Program-made: the position numbers and the translations under genes
Assembly (NCBI RefSeq): GCF_009914755.1
Contig: NC_060927.1
Origin: the human T2T-CHM13v2.0 reference genome, Homo sapiens
Length of the DNA stretch: 64,000 nt
Direction: 5' to 3' (one strand)
Part shown: positions 1 through 10,796 of the stretch, piece after piece
Position numbering within the stretch: position 1 is the stretch's first letter
How the letters are laid out: every line of letters starts with the position of its first letter
The notes under the pieces: model-generated
Seen by the model: the letters and a program-made list of their open reading frames with translations, nothing else
Told to the model about the DNA's origin: nothing
Database searches by the model: none

Positions 1-513
1 TTAGGAAAAAAGCTACCCAACTGAAAAAAGCCAGTAAAGAAAGACATGAGTTTCAGGAAATGGGGATTCCGAAAAAAGAGAGAAGCAATAATAGAAAGTC
101 CTAGTCTGACATCAGTGCATGTGGCTAGGAAAGAAGCCAATCAGCCCTGGAGCAGGAGGAATGTCTCCAACTGTGGAATTCATTTATCACATGACATGCC
201 AGACAAAATTGCTGGAGACTTAGCAAAGAATTATTCACGGATATAAAGAAGACTAATCAAATTATGTAAATAAAGCTGTTAACTCCAGGAAAGAAACAAT
301 TTTATAAGAAAACTATAAATGCAGTATATCACGTAACTCAACTGTAACAATATTTATCTGGTCATAATATAAACATAATGTAAATGATTTTTATTTTTAA
401 AATTGTGATAAAATTATGTTGGGAGTAAGGAGAAAGAGGTTTCTATGTGTGGGCAATAGTTTAAGAGAGTTATATCATATTTATAGTAGGAACCAATAGA
501 TAAAAAAAATTTT

Positions 514-824
<311 letters not shown>

Positions 825-901
825 GAAATTGAAGTACTTGCTTCTGAGGGGAACTCAAGAATGAGAAGGATAGAGAGCTGTTATTCTTTATCAGTCTCAA
901 G

Positions 902-1134
902 CAGGGGTCAGCAAACCACGGCCCATGGGTCAAATTCATCAGGCTGTCTGTCTTTACAAATAGTGCTTTATTGGAATACAGCCACACCAAATCATTTATG
1001 GATTCTCTGTGGCTGCTTTTGTGCCAAATTAGTTGCTACAACAAGAGAGTTTAGCAGTAGTGACAGAGACTGTATGAACCACAGTCTCAAATATTCACTT
1101 TCTGGCTCTTTACAGAAGAAATTTGCCAACCTCA
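902..1134. mobile_element. MER58A hAT-Charlie DNA transposon
   Basis: Terminal inverted repeats CAGGGGTCAGCAAAC and ATTTGCCAACCTCA; internal TTTATTGGAATACAGCCACAC and CTTTACAGAAGAAA match the MER58 consensus. Confidence 0.85.
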
Positions 1135-1143
1135 CGTCTAGAA

Positions 1144-1333
1144 CTGTGGCTCTCAAATGTTAGCTGCATCGGAGTCCTCTGGAGGGCTTGTTAGAATGCA
1201 TGTGAGGGGAGGCTCTTTCCAGAGTTTCTGATTCAGTAGGTCTCTCCGGTGGGGCCTGGAGAATTTGCATTTTTAACCAGTTTGCTGGTGATGCTGATGT
1301 TGCCAGCTGAGGGACCCACTTTGAGAATCACTG
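1144..1333. mobile_element. MER5A hAT-Charlie DNA transposon
   Basis: Ends CTGTGGCTCTCAAA and TTTGAGAATCACTG; internal CCAGAGTTTCTGATTCAGTAGGTCT and GAATTTGCATTTTTAAC. Confidence 0.88.
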
Positions 1334-2240
1334 ATCTAAAGAAACTATTTGACTTTTAAAAATCGTGTTGTAAGTATTATGTTTATAAAATAAATTTGAA
1401 TTGTCGAGAAGTATAAGGTTGGAAGCTTACATGCAAATTTGAGCTAAACTTAATACAAAAATGACCTCTGGTGAATGAAATGCAACAGAAAATCATTCAA
1501 ATGTTATTTTAAAAATGTTTTCATAGAACAAAAATAATTGTGGAATTGATTTCCACAATTATATACATACAGAGAAAAATTATATACATATGTGTGGAGA
1601 AAAATAGAAAAATAAATTATTTTGTTAATAAGATATCGTAGATACAGGCATAAATATTAAGATTTGTAAAGATTACCAAGACCCTACCACTAAATGTGCA
1701 TGTGTGATTCAAGTGGTTGACCAATCATGCTACCTCCTGTCTGGCGTTTTGTTTATCAAAGGCAGATTATTGCATAACAATATCAACTATACCGACAATT
1801 ATTATTTTAATCTTTTTTTTTTCATTTAGTATGTTCTTGTAAAACACTTATTTTCTGGAAAATGCAGTTTGAGAAACTTGACATAAAGCCTACTTCTCTT
1901 CACTTGACCCCTTTTACAGATTCTGAAACTGATACCCAGAGAATCTCTTGGCTGGTAGATCCAAGACCTTCTAACCCAGTCCCTACTTCCTTCCTGTCTT
2001 CCACTCAGCTCCTGTTTGCCTTGCCTGAGGTGGTGAAGGAAAGAACCCCAGATGAGCACAAACTCAAATCAGACTTAAAGAAAAAAGAGCACTGCTAATC
2101 TTTTTTTCTAAAAGCCTGAAACAAAGGAAATTCTCTGCTTCCAGGAATAGCCTTAATCAGTCACATATGTGAACATAGACCCAGTGACTGCTCAGACAAT
2201 TTTCCACCAACCTAATGTCGGGATTTTCTCGACACATTGA

Positions 2241-2440
2241 TTTTTTTTTTTTTTTTTTTTTTGCCTATTATCAGTATAAGCAGTTTAAAAAAAAAAAAAA
2301 AAAAAAAAAAAGCCCAGACATGATACCAGACCTCTCAACCAGACAGGCAAGATGCTGACAATCTGCAGCGTTTGAAAGCAAAGAGAAATGAAGGATTATT
2401 GAGGGTGGAATAATGGTTTTTTCCCAACCAGTCCCTGGTT

Positions 2441-2474
<34 letters not shown>
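2241..2474. repeat. Three homopolymer runs: T22 (2241-2262), A25 (2287-2311), A31 (2444-2474)
   Basis: Read directly from the sequence; no Alu or L1 body adjacent. Confidence 0.95.
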
Positions 2475-2475
<1 letters not shown>

Positions 2476-3584
2476 AGCTTTAAAAATCAGAATTGTGCCC
2501 TGCGGGGGTGGATTTGCTGAACTGTCAGCTCCACCAGTTAATGAGGTAGTTTGTCAAATGGAGATAGAAAGACCATTTATAACAATGCTATGCTTTGTGT
2601 GTGATTTAAAAATCAAATTGAGTGGAAACTCAGCAAATACTAAATTGTATTGTTTATTTTCTAATTAATTTGCTACAAACTACAAAATAAAACTATTGAA
2701 TATATTGGATAACGTATGCTTTTTTGAAGAAAAAGCACCAAAATCATCTCTGAGATGAAACCGATTCAGAGGCTGTTTACTTTCTTTTCATCAGAGAAAC
2801 AAGTTGTAGTTTGAAAGTTTGAAAAAGGCATTGAAATTTTGGGTGGGATTTTTAGAATTAGTGTGTTGTATAAGCCAACAGGCAATGTCATCTCCTTTGT
2901 AAGTTCAGCGGAGTACTAGGGGGCCTGGGACCATATGGTCTCACTGTTGACACTGTTCGTTTTTAATATTAATAGGCCAGGGATTCAAGGCCCTGGGGCA
3001 GATGTCATCTAAGTGAGGACAGAAGCAAATATCACGACTGCTCACTGAGTTTTTCCTCTGTAGAGTACAACCAGCATAACAGGCGTTCAAAATATATAAG
3101 CTTAGCTTGGCAGAGGGGCAAGAGCAGAGAAGGTGATTCAAATTCTGGCTTAGCGAGGGCTTACTCTGTGACATTGAGGGGAATTCATTGAAACTCACTG
3201 AGACCTACTCTTCTCATCTGGAAAATAAAAAATATCTGCCTTAAAAAGGGTTAGAGCTTATAGTGAGGTGCCTCACATATGGTAAATAGTCAATGAAAAT
3301 TATATTTGATTAGAACATTGTAGGGTTTATAAGAATCAAACTGACACACTTCAAAAACTGAAGTCAAGAAGGCTTAATGAGTGATTGTTCTCAACCTTAC
3401 CCAGATCCCTCGTTTTCTTCCTTACTTCAAGGACGTAAGCTTTAGTCCTAACATTCTTTTCCTGGGATTACTATAATGTAGTCTCCCTGCCCTAACCCCA
3501 AAACCTCTTGTCTATTCCAGCAAGCTTGTTGTGAGAAGCATATTATTTTGATGTGATAACAAATATGTTAATGTTAATAGAAAC

Positions 3585-3812
3585 TCTTACCAAGCGTTTA
3601 CTATTTACCTAGTGTTTACTATATACCAGGCACTGTTTCTCTGTTGTATTACTTCATTTAATCCTCACAATACCATTCTGAAGTAAATTCTATTATTCTT
3701 ATTTTACAGGAAAAAAAAATAACATTGAAAGGACAAATAATTGCCAGAGGGGCAGAATTATTTGAGCTGGACACACTGGCTCTAGAATCACGCTCTTAAC
3801 AACTACTCTATT
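3585..3812 (-). mobile_element. MIR SINE
   Basis: TTTACTATATACCAGGCACTGTT...TCATTTAATCCTCACAATACC...ATTTTACAGG...GGCTCTAGAATCACGCTCTTAAC, a typical reverse MIR. Confidence 0.7.
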
Positions 3813-4479
3813 CTGGCCTTGAAGTACTCTTGTTTCGTGCCACATGAATCTTTTTTTGTGCCACATGAATACATTCAGAGGTTGCCATTCAGTGGGCAGA
3901 GTTTGGGAGCTTCTACTTAATATTGGTTATCAGGGCCAAGGTGAGGCTATGAAGTTTACAGCCAGCCCACTCTAGAATTTAAGCTTCTTCTATTCCCAGT
4001 CTCAAGGAATCCTAGGTGTTGAGCATCTCTGGATTGTCCTTCATGAAGCATGGGGCAGTTTAGACTTCTTTAACAATATGACCTCAATCAATAGTTGTTA
4101 AAACTAGCAGCTCAGGGCAGAAATCACATTAGTGTTCTTTGGCACTGTGTATATCTCTAGTTCTTACATTAGTGCCTGGCACATAATAGTGAGATTTGAT
4201 TGGTGAATAGGTGACTGGATAGGCAGACAGACAAATGGGTCAACAAATGGATGGATGGATGCACAGTTGTGAAAGATGTTGATAATAAAGAAGTGATACA
4301 TAATATTTTACTATCTCTCTCATTAGGTTATAGTTTCTCCCATAATTTTATTATCTTGGCTATGTCACTCCAAATAGCCACCGTAAAATCCAAAGTTACT
4401 CATATAAAAGAAGTAAAATTTGGAAGCATATCAGTTAGAATAGCATTAAATAGTTTCCCTAAAAAAGCAAGAAAAAAAA

Positions 4480-4740
4480 TTTCATTCATTCAACTAATAC
4501 ATACTCAGGGTCTATCCCTTGTCAGGTACTCTTCTAGGAGCTTAAAGCATAACTGTTAACAAAAACACTCTGCCCTCCTGGTGAGTGCATGCTAATGGGG
4601 GAGACAGACAAAAACAAACACTCCCACATGTAATGTATCAAGTCGTTTAACTGCCATGGAGAAAAATTTAGCAGAGTGATATAGTCAAATAACACAGGAG
4701 TGGAGGTTTTGCTATTTAATATCAGATGGCCAGTTATTTT
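4480..4740 (-). mobile_element. L2 LINE 3' fragment
   Basis: TTCATTCATTCAAC end motif followed by GTCAGGTACTCTTCTAGG...CTGCCCTCCTGG...GGGGGAGACAGACA. Confidence 0.65.
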
Positions 4741-5029
4741 TAAATTGAGTAAAAGTTGTAGTCTATGTTAGAATGTGAGAAAAGAAAATTAACACTCTTT
4801 GGGAAGCAGTAACTGTAGGAAGACAAGGAATTAGGAGACCTGGATTAGTATTAGAGACGTTTTGTATAGTAACTTGATAAAAAGGGAGAGATTTTTTGTG
4901 ATATATATATTTTTTTCATTTTTTCTTACAGAATTAACAGCTCTGAAATTTGAAGGTGCTAGTGTCTCACTGGTCTTAAACTGCGAAGCTGAACGACGAA
5001 AGCATCCTTCCTGTAATCAGTGTAGCAAA

Positions 5030-5077
5030 ATGACAGGCAGAGAAACCATGCTGGGAAGAAGCAAGGTCATCAGTTGA
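5030..5077 (+). promoter_or_regulatory. uORF1 in the RARbeta1 leader (MTGRETMLGRSKVIS*), second in-frame ATG at 5048
   Basis: AAAATGACA and ACCATGCTG both have A at -3; TGA at 5075-5077; lies inside the inferred exon. Confidence 0.6.
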
Positions 5078-5164
5078 ACCATCTTGACTTTGGCCCAGAA
5101 CACAGCTCAGCCTCAACTCCTGCAGTGCATTTGCCTCCCTCACTTTGGTTTAAGACCTGGAGTG

Positions 5165-5200
5165 ATGTGTTCCTGCTCCAGAGCACCTTTCTTTCTGTGA
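5165..5200 (+). promoter_or_regulatory. uORF2 in the RARbeta1 leader (MCSCSRAPFFL*)
   Basis: GTGATGTGT start; TGA at 5198-5200, 10 nt before the main ATG at 5211. Confidence 0.6.
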
Positions 5201-5210
5201 GGCCCGAAAC

Positions 5211-5388
5211 ATGACCACCAGCGGCCACGCATGTCCGGTCCCAGCAGTGAACGGACACATGACTCACTATCCAGCCACACCCTACCCGTTACTCTTTCCA
5301 CCTGTCATCGGAGGACTTTCCCTGCCTCCCCTCCATGGCCTTCATGGACATCCGCCTCCGAGTGGATGCAGCACCCCGTCGCCGGCAA
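5211..5388 (+). CDS. RARB: Retinoic acid receptor beta isoform 1, N-terminal A region (first coding exon, 59 codons + 1 nt, phase 1)
   Basis: Translation MTTSGHACPVPAVNGHMTHYPATPYPLLFPPVIGGLSLPPLHGLHGHPPPSGCSTPSPA is recognised as the RARbeta1 N-terminus, which continues T-IETQS in the shared downstream exon outside this window. GC/CpG content rises locally, and similarity ends exactly at the GTAAGT donor. Confidence 0.97.
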
Positions 5389-7086
5389 GTAAGTCCTGCT
5401 GGAATTTGCTCTCTTTTCTCTGGGTTGATTGGATGAAGGGACCTGAGAAAACGGAATGGTTGGTATCCAGGGCAATTTCTTATTTCATTGGGTGCTGGTT
5501 TCTTTTGGTCTTGAATTCTACTTTTAGTTCTGTGGAAAGAGATATGATTTGAAACTAGACAAGTGGCAAATTTTAGAATTCAACCCGTTCAAAGCTGCTT
5601 TGGTATTTTGCTCTGTTTCATAAAATGCAAACACAAAAAGTGATGAGCATGTGTGGTTAATATCTGTGATCAATATCTAAAGAAATTGGCCATATGATAA
5701 ATAATGGAAGCAGTGAATTAGGAGATGATACCATAAAAATCACTAATGATAATACTAGAGTTAAAAGCTATTTTGGTTGTGAGATCTTCTCTGAATCTTT
5801 TACTTGTTTCCTGTGTACAAATGATATCTGTAATTGTTCTCAACTTCCCATAGACCTTTGCTACCAATTCATATCACATTAAGCTTTTTTAGTGTCCTTG
5901 GCACCTTTTGTTTCTGTACTAGCTATTTCTTATCCCAGATCTTCCCTTAAATTTTCTGTATAAGGTACTATAAAATAAAAATAGTCAAAGTTAGAATTCT
6001 CCAAGACTGATATGACTTCCACATTGAAACATCTATATTGTGCAATTTTTAGAAAGTTCTGCCTGTTTAAAGACAAACTGTGGTAGCCAGCGAGCTTTTC
6101 CACCTGTTAATAACAACTTACTTGGTTTAGCATCTGGAGGTGAAAAGGCATATTTATTTAACAACAGGCATCCACAGCATGTTCTCCAAGTCCTTTCTGG
6201 CTCATAGAGCAACAGTTCTTTGTAACTCTTCCTGGTGATTGTTTTGCATTTTGCTTCTCTTCAAGGACTTCCCCCAAATATTAGCATGGTATCATTGGGA
6301 TACCACCTTAATCTTTCTATATTGTGCTCTTCGTGCCTTCAGTCATTCCTTCTACTACATCCTTAGCTCACCGAAAGCAGGGAGCTTGTTCTACCTAAGT
6401 AGAATCCCCGGTACATTGCCTTCAAAAATAGTAGGGGATGGGTGTTTGGACGGACGAACAGACTGACAGATAGGCAAACAGATGATAGACTTGCACTTTT
6501 GGGATGTTGATTGCAATCATAGTACTATATCATTCCTGATAAACAGTGACTCGATTTGCTGATGAGTCTTTCCTTCTGTGTTTCGAATTTCTGGCTTGAA
6601 CATTTGACCCTCATGTCTCTGGAATTGCCTAAAAACCTCCTCCCATGCTTCTGAAGTTCAAACTGAAAGTTGAAGCAGCCAAAGCGGCGTATTGACTATC
6701 CAGAGAAATGGACATAGTACCAGTACTCAAAATATCTTGCTGACCCAAGTGCTGTTTCAAATCATGTTCACTCAATATGCAAATGATATAATGAAGTTAC
6801 TTTTAGCTAACATATGAGGAGGTCTAAATGATTGATAAAGCCATTAAAATTTTACCTATGAGCCTCTGTGTCTAATTCCGTTGCTCAACTGGCCTGACAG
6901 CACATTTTAACAGGTTTCTTTCCTGAGATCAGAAGCATATTTTGTAGATGTAGCCAAGAAGTTGAGATATGAGTAGGATTCCCATGCTGAATGATCAAAT
7001 TTGGCAGATTGAAACTCTAAGGCAGCCTGAAACCTCTAGGTTCCCAAAAGCAACTTTGGGCTTTGGGCTTCTTTGGCTACTGATTT

Positions 7087-7108
7087 ATTTTTATTTATAT
7101 TTATCTTT

Positions 7109-7152
<44 letters not shown>

Positions 7153-7156
7153 TCCT

Positions 7157-7208
<52 letters not shown>

Positions 7209-7275
7209 TCCTTCCTTCCTTCCTTCCTTCCTTCCTTCCTTCCTTCCTTATTTATTTATTTATTTATTTATTTTT
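7087..7275. repeat. Compound microsatellite (TTTC)n-(TTCC)10-(TTTA)n derived from the Alu tail
   Basis: Read directly; (TTCC)10 at 7208-7247; lies inside the Alu target-site duplication. Confidence 0.95.
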
Positions 7276-7554
7276 GAGATGGTATCTCGCTCTGTCGCCG
7301 GGCCAGAGTGCAGTGGTGTGATCTTGACTCACTGCAACCTCCACCTCCCGGTTTCAGGTGTTTCTCCCACCTCAACCCTCTGAGTGACTGGGACTACAGG
7401 CACGCACCACCACACCCAGCTAATTTTTGTATTTTTAGTAGAGACGTGGATTCACCATGTTGGCCAGAATAGTCTCGATCTCTTGACCTCATGATCCAGC
7501 CACCTCAGCCTCCCAAAGTGCTAGGATTATAGGCGTGAGCCACCGTGCCCGGTC
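7087..7554 (-). mobile_element. AluSc-like SINE with an expanded microsatellite tail
   Basis: Reverse Alu body at 7276-7554 with GTCTCGATCTCTTGACCTCATGATCC; TSD TTGGCTACTGATTT (7073-7086) and TTGGCTACTACTGATTTT (7555-7572). Confidence 0.93.
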
Positions 7555-9199
7555 TTGGCTACTACTGATTTTAAGGAAAATGCAGAGCATATTAAATGGA
7601 AAAATGGTTGAGATATATCATATCTAAGCCTCTTTTGCACTCAAAATACAAGGTAATTATTTTTATTTCACAGTTACTAATAAAGTACAAGATGCCATTA
7701 CTGTTAGATTAAACTATAATGCAGTTGTCATTTTCTAGATCAAAACTGGTTATATAGTGGCAATTGAATAGATTCAACCTTTGAAAAGCGAGGGTTTGAA
7801 GTTCAAAAAAAGGGTAAATAGTGGCTGACTTTTTTCTTGAGGGCCTTGTAAGGAGAGTGCTAAGTAACTGCACCTTAAAAGGTGTTTGGAGAAGGGGCAG
7901 AAAAAGGACTAGGTACAGAAAGTTCAGGCTGGAACATCAAAGATTACTTACTTCATACCCTAATACCTTGTATTATTATTTCTTGCTACAGTCGAAGCAC
8001 ATGAAAGCTGCTCAGATGGAAATGATTAAAAGAAGCCACAATGAATATGACTCTGTTAGTTGGCCCTCAAAGAAGGAATTGTCCTTGTTAAAGCCCGTGT
8101 TTTCAAAAGTTCCTAGAAAAGGACAAAGACTTAAAAATTAACCACAGACTTGGCTAAAAATAAATTTAAGGTTTTTATCCATGTACTGAGATTAGTAGGA
8201 AGGTAGCCAAATTCTGTAAAGACTCAATAACTAGCAACACACATACTTGGGTGGAAAAGCTGACCAACGTGGAATAAAAAGGGAGCAAACATGTTGGAGA
8301 ATGACTCTGTAAAGAGATTCATGTCATTGAACTGTAGGACTTACTGATATCTCTTTTGTAATCTGTACATGTCTTGATTCTGCAGCTCACTAGAAAGAAT
8401 AAATTCTCCTGCCCCTGTAGTGAGGGTCTGTCAGCACCAAGTAATTGTAAAGGCTCAATAATTCTCTACCTCAAAAGCAAGTAAGAACAATTTCCATAGC
8501 AGCTACTGAGGTTATACCTGCTTGTCACTCTTCTCTCATTCCCTTCTAACTCTTGTCAGCTTTATCTCCTAGACCTGAACCTGAGCTCTGCATATTGAAC
8601 TTCTCTAAGCCTACAGCACAATGGCTCCATTCCCACACGTAAAGTTGTCCTTGATGCTATATCTACTTTGCAGTCATTTAACCTCTCTGAATTTCTATTC
8701 TATCAACTATAAAATATTTTTACTTACAGAACAGACTTTTATTATATATCTAAATCTTTTAAGAATGAAGTCGAAGTCTAAATTAGAAAGGAAACTTGTA
8801 CTTTAAAGGGGTGAAATCAGATCATACCCAAGATCTTTTCAGCTCTAATAGGCAATGATTTCACGTAACTCAGGTTTCTCCCGGTCCACATGCCATTTAC
8901 AGGGGGTGGGCCCTGTTCTTTTGCAGTGTGGAATAATTGGCTATTGGTATGATCATTTGTGACCACTCACAATTCGTAGGGGAAGATGTGGCCACTTTTC
9001 CGAAGGTCTGTTCTCAAGAACTTTCTACCTTAAAGAAGAAAAGTTATTTGCAGAAGAGAACTTGAAAGCATCTTCTGTGTGTACATGCCCTTGTCTTTGC
9101 ATTCTGACTTAATTTTTATAGCATAGAGTTTCTGTAAGCTTAGAACACAGGGAACATACGAAAAAAGGGGGAGTTAAAATATGTAATTAGAAAAACTAC

Positions 9200-9420
9200 C
9201 ATGCATTGAGCACATTTTGGATTACTCACACAGCATTTAGTGTATGCCATTCTTAGTCTTTTTAATAGCCTCGATGTCACTGCCATTCCATTACAGAAGT
9301 TCCATTTTACAGATAAAGACCAGGAGGCTTAGAGAGAGTAAAGAGCTTACATAACCAGTTAATGTTGGAGTCAAATTCCAAATCCAGACCCCGAGACCCC
9401 AGAGCGCATGCCTTTCCCAG
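9200..9420 (-). mobile_element. MIR SINE
   Basis: Core CCATTTTACAGATAAAGACCAGGAGGCTTAGAGAG and GACCCCAGAGCGCATGCCTTT. Confidence 0.7.
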
Positions 9421-10728
9421 TGTTTTGGGCAATGAGGCCAGCATAATCCCTTGGAAAATTGACAGCTCCACCATGGACATCTTTTTTCCACGATGTTCCA
9501 GGGAGTCCTTGGAGATGATAGATATTTAAAGGACCTTGCAACCTCTTTAATTTAATCAACTACTGTGGAAGCCACTATCAGTTTTCGTCACAATGGAGAC
9601 TTGAGAGAGTGCCGCCGTACTGCCTTTGATAAGCATGACTTCCAACAGGAGAAGAGCCTGATATGCTATGCCAGGGAACACTCAAAATATTATGTGGTAG
9701 GGCTCTCTGTGAGAGTTGGACAGCTGTCTGTCTGTCTCTCTTTATGTTCCTTTCATGGCTGCTTGTTCTGTTTTATTGCTGCACATGTGCTTTTTATAGG
9801 TTGTTGCAAGCTGGAAAATATTGTTAAGTGTTTTGGCTTCAGAATCTCTCTCAAAATGATCTTAGTTTAACTCCAGCATCTTAAAATGCAAATTCTTTTC
9901 CCCTTCTTTTTTAATGATCAGAAAGTGCTCTCCTGTCAAAATCACAAAATAGGGTATTTGCTTAAAAAATCCCAACCTTCTGGAGAGACAGGCTGTGCAA
10001 TCTCAGAATTACCAATGATGGAACATAAAATGAGTCTTATTTCTATTTTTTGTCTTAAACTAAGAAGAGCTTTGTTACCTAGCTTGTCTAAAGCAGGGTG
10101 TGCTGATCGATTGAATTTCCTTATTACATGTTAGGGACAATTGGCTCAGAGGTGTGGATCCTGTTTTAAGTATATGCAGATTGATGGCAAGTAAATCCAA
10201 CTCATTAATTTCTACCATCACCTTTTACTCCATAGTCTTGTCTTCTTTCTATTGAGTTATATTTGTCCTTAAACTTATGCAATGACTCTACTGGACAGGA
10301 ATCACATTTGATTTTAAGATATCAGGGACTTAATATATTGCTGGTATTTTGTGAAAGTCAAACATAATAGTATCATTTATATCTATGTATCCTTACATTG
10401 TTAAACCAAATAAAAATGAATGAAAGTAAGACACTTCTTGGGAATTTGAGTAAACTCAGTTATAACAGTTTTGTCCATTTTACCTCCCTCATTGGCTTAG
10501 GGAGGTCAAAGGCTTTGAATGTTTGAGAAATAGAGTTTATACTGTTGACATGATGAAACTATTTTAGTGGACTTTCTTAGGCCCAGAGTCATGTGTATTT
10601 AAGAGGCCATTCCTTAAAGCTGAACAGGTATTGATTACTTTAGTGCCTCTTTTCCCCCCAAAAACAAGAATCTTTGTGTCTTCTTGATGTTTCTACAACT
10701 TCCCCAGACTCTGGTTGAGTATAACATG

Positions 10729-10796
10729 TATTAAGTAATCACATTGCCATTAAAAGTAATGGCAAGAACCACAATTACTTTTGCACCAACCTAATA
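10729..10796. mobile_element. MADE1 (Hsmar1-derived MITE) with a partly deleted left arm
   Basis: TTGCCATTAAAAGTAATGGCAAGAACCACAATTACTTTTGCACCAACCTAA followed by TA: the MADE1 centre and a complete right TIR. Confidence 0.9.

Larger units (their letters stand above)
4932..5388 (+). other. RARB: RARB isoform beta1 exon: 279 nt of 5'UTR plus A-region CDS (457 nt in total)
   Basis: Strong acceptor TTTTTTCATTTTTTCTTACAG ending at 4931, with a second AG at 4939-4940; consensus donor CAA|GTAAGT at 5388/5389. Confidence 0.85.

Noticed and set aside
3829-3870. GTGCCACATGAAT repeated around a short T run, resembling a poly(A)-only insertion with TSD
   Set aside because: Better explained as a 21-bp tandem duplication with two mismatches; no L1 endonuclease consensus.
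5070-5267. 65-aa antisense ORF overlapping the RARB exon
   Set aside because: Shadow ORF of GC-rich exonic sequence; no promoter or homology support.
5389-5552. C-terminal extension of the 113-aa ORF 5211-5552 (SKSCWNLLSF...)
   Set aside because: It is read-through past the consensus GTAAGT donor into the intron; RARB similarity and GC content drop at 5388.
6969-7321. Phe/Leu/Ser-rich ORFs resembling membrane proteins
   Set aside because: Translation of the (TTTC)n microsatellite and the Alu.
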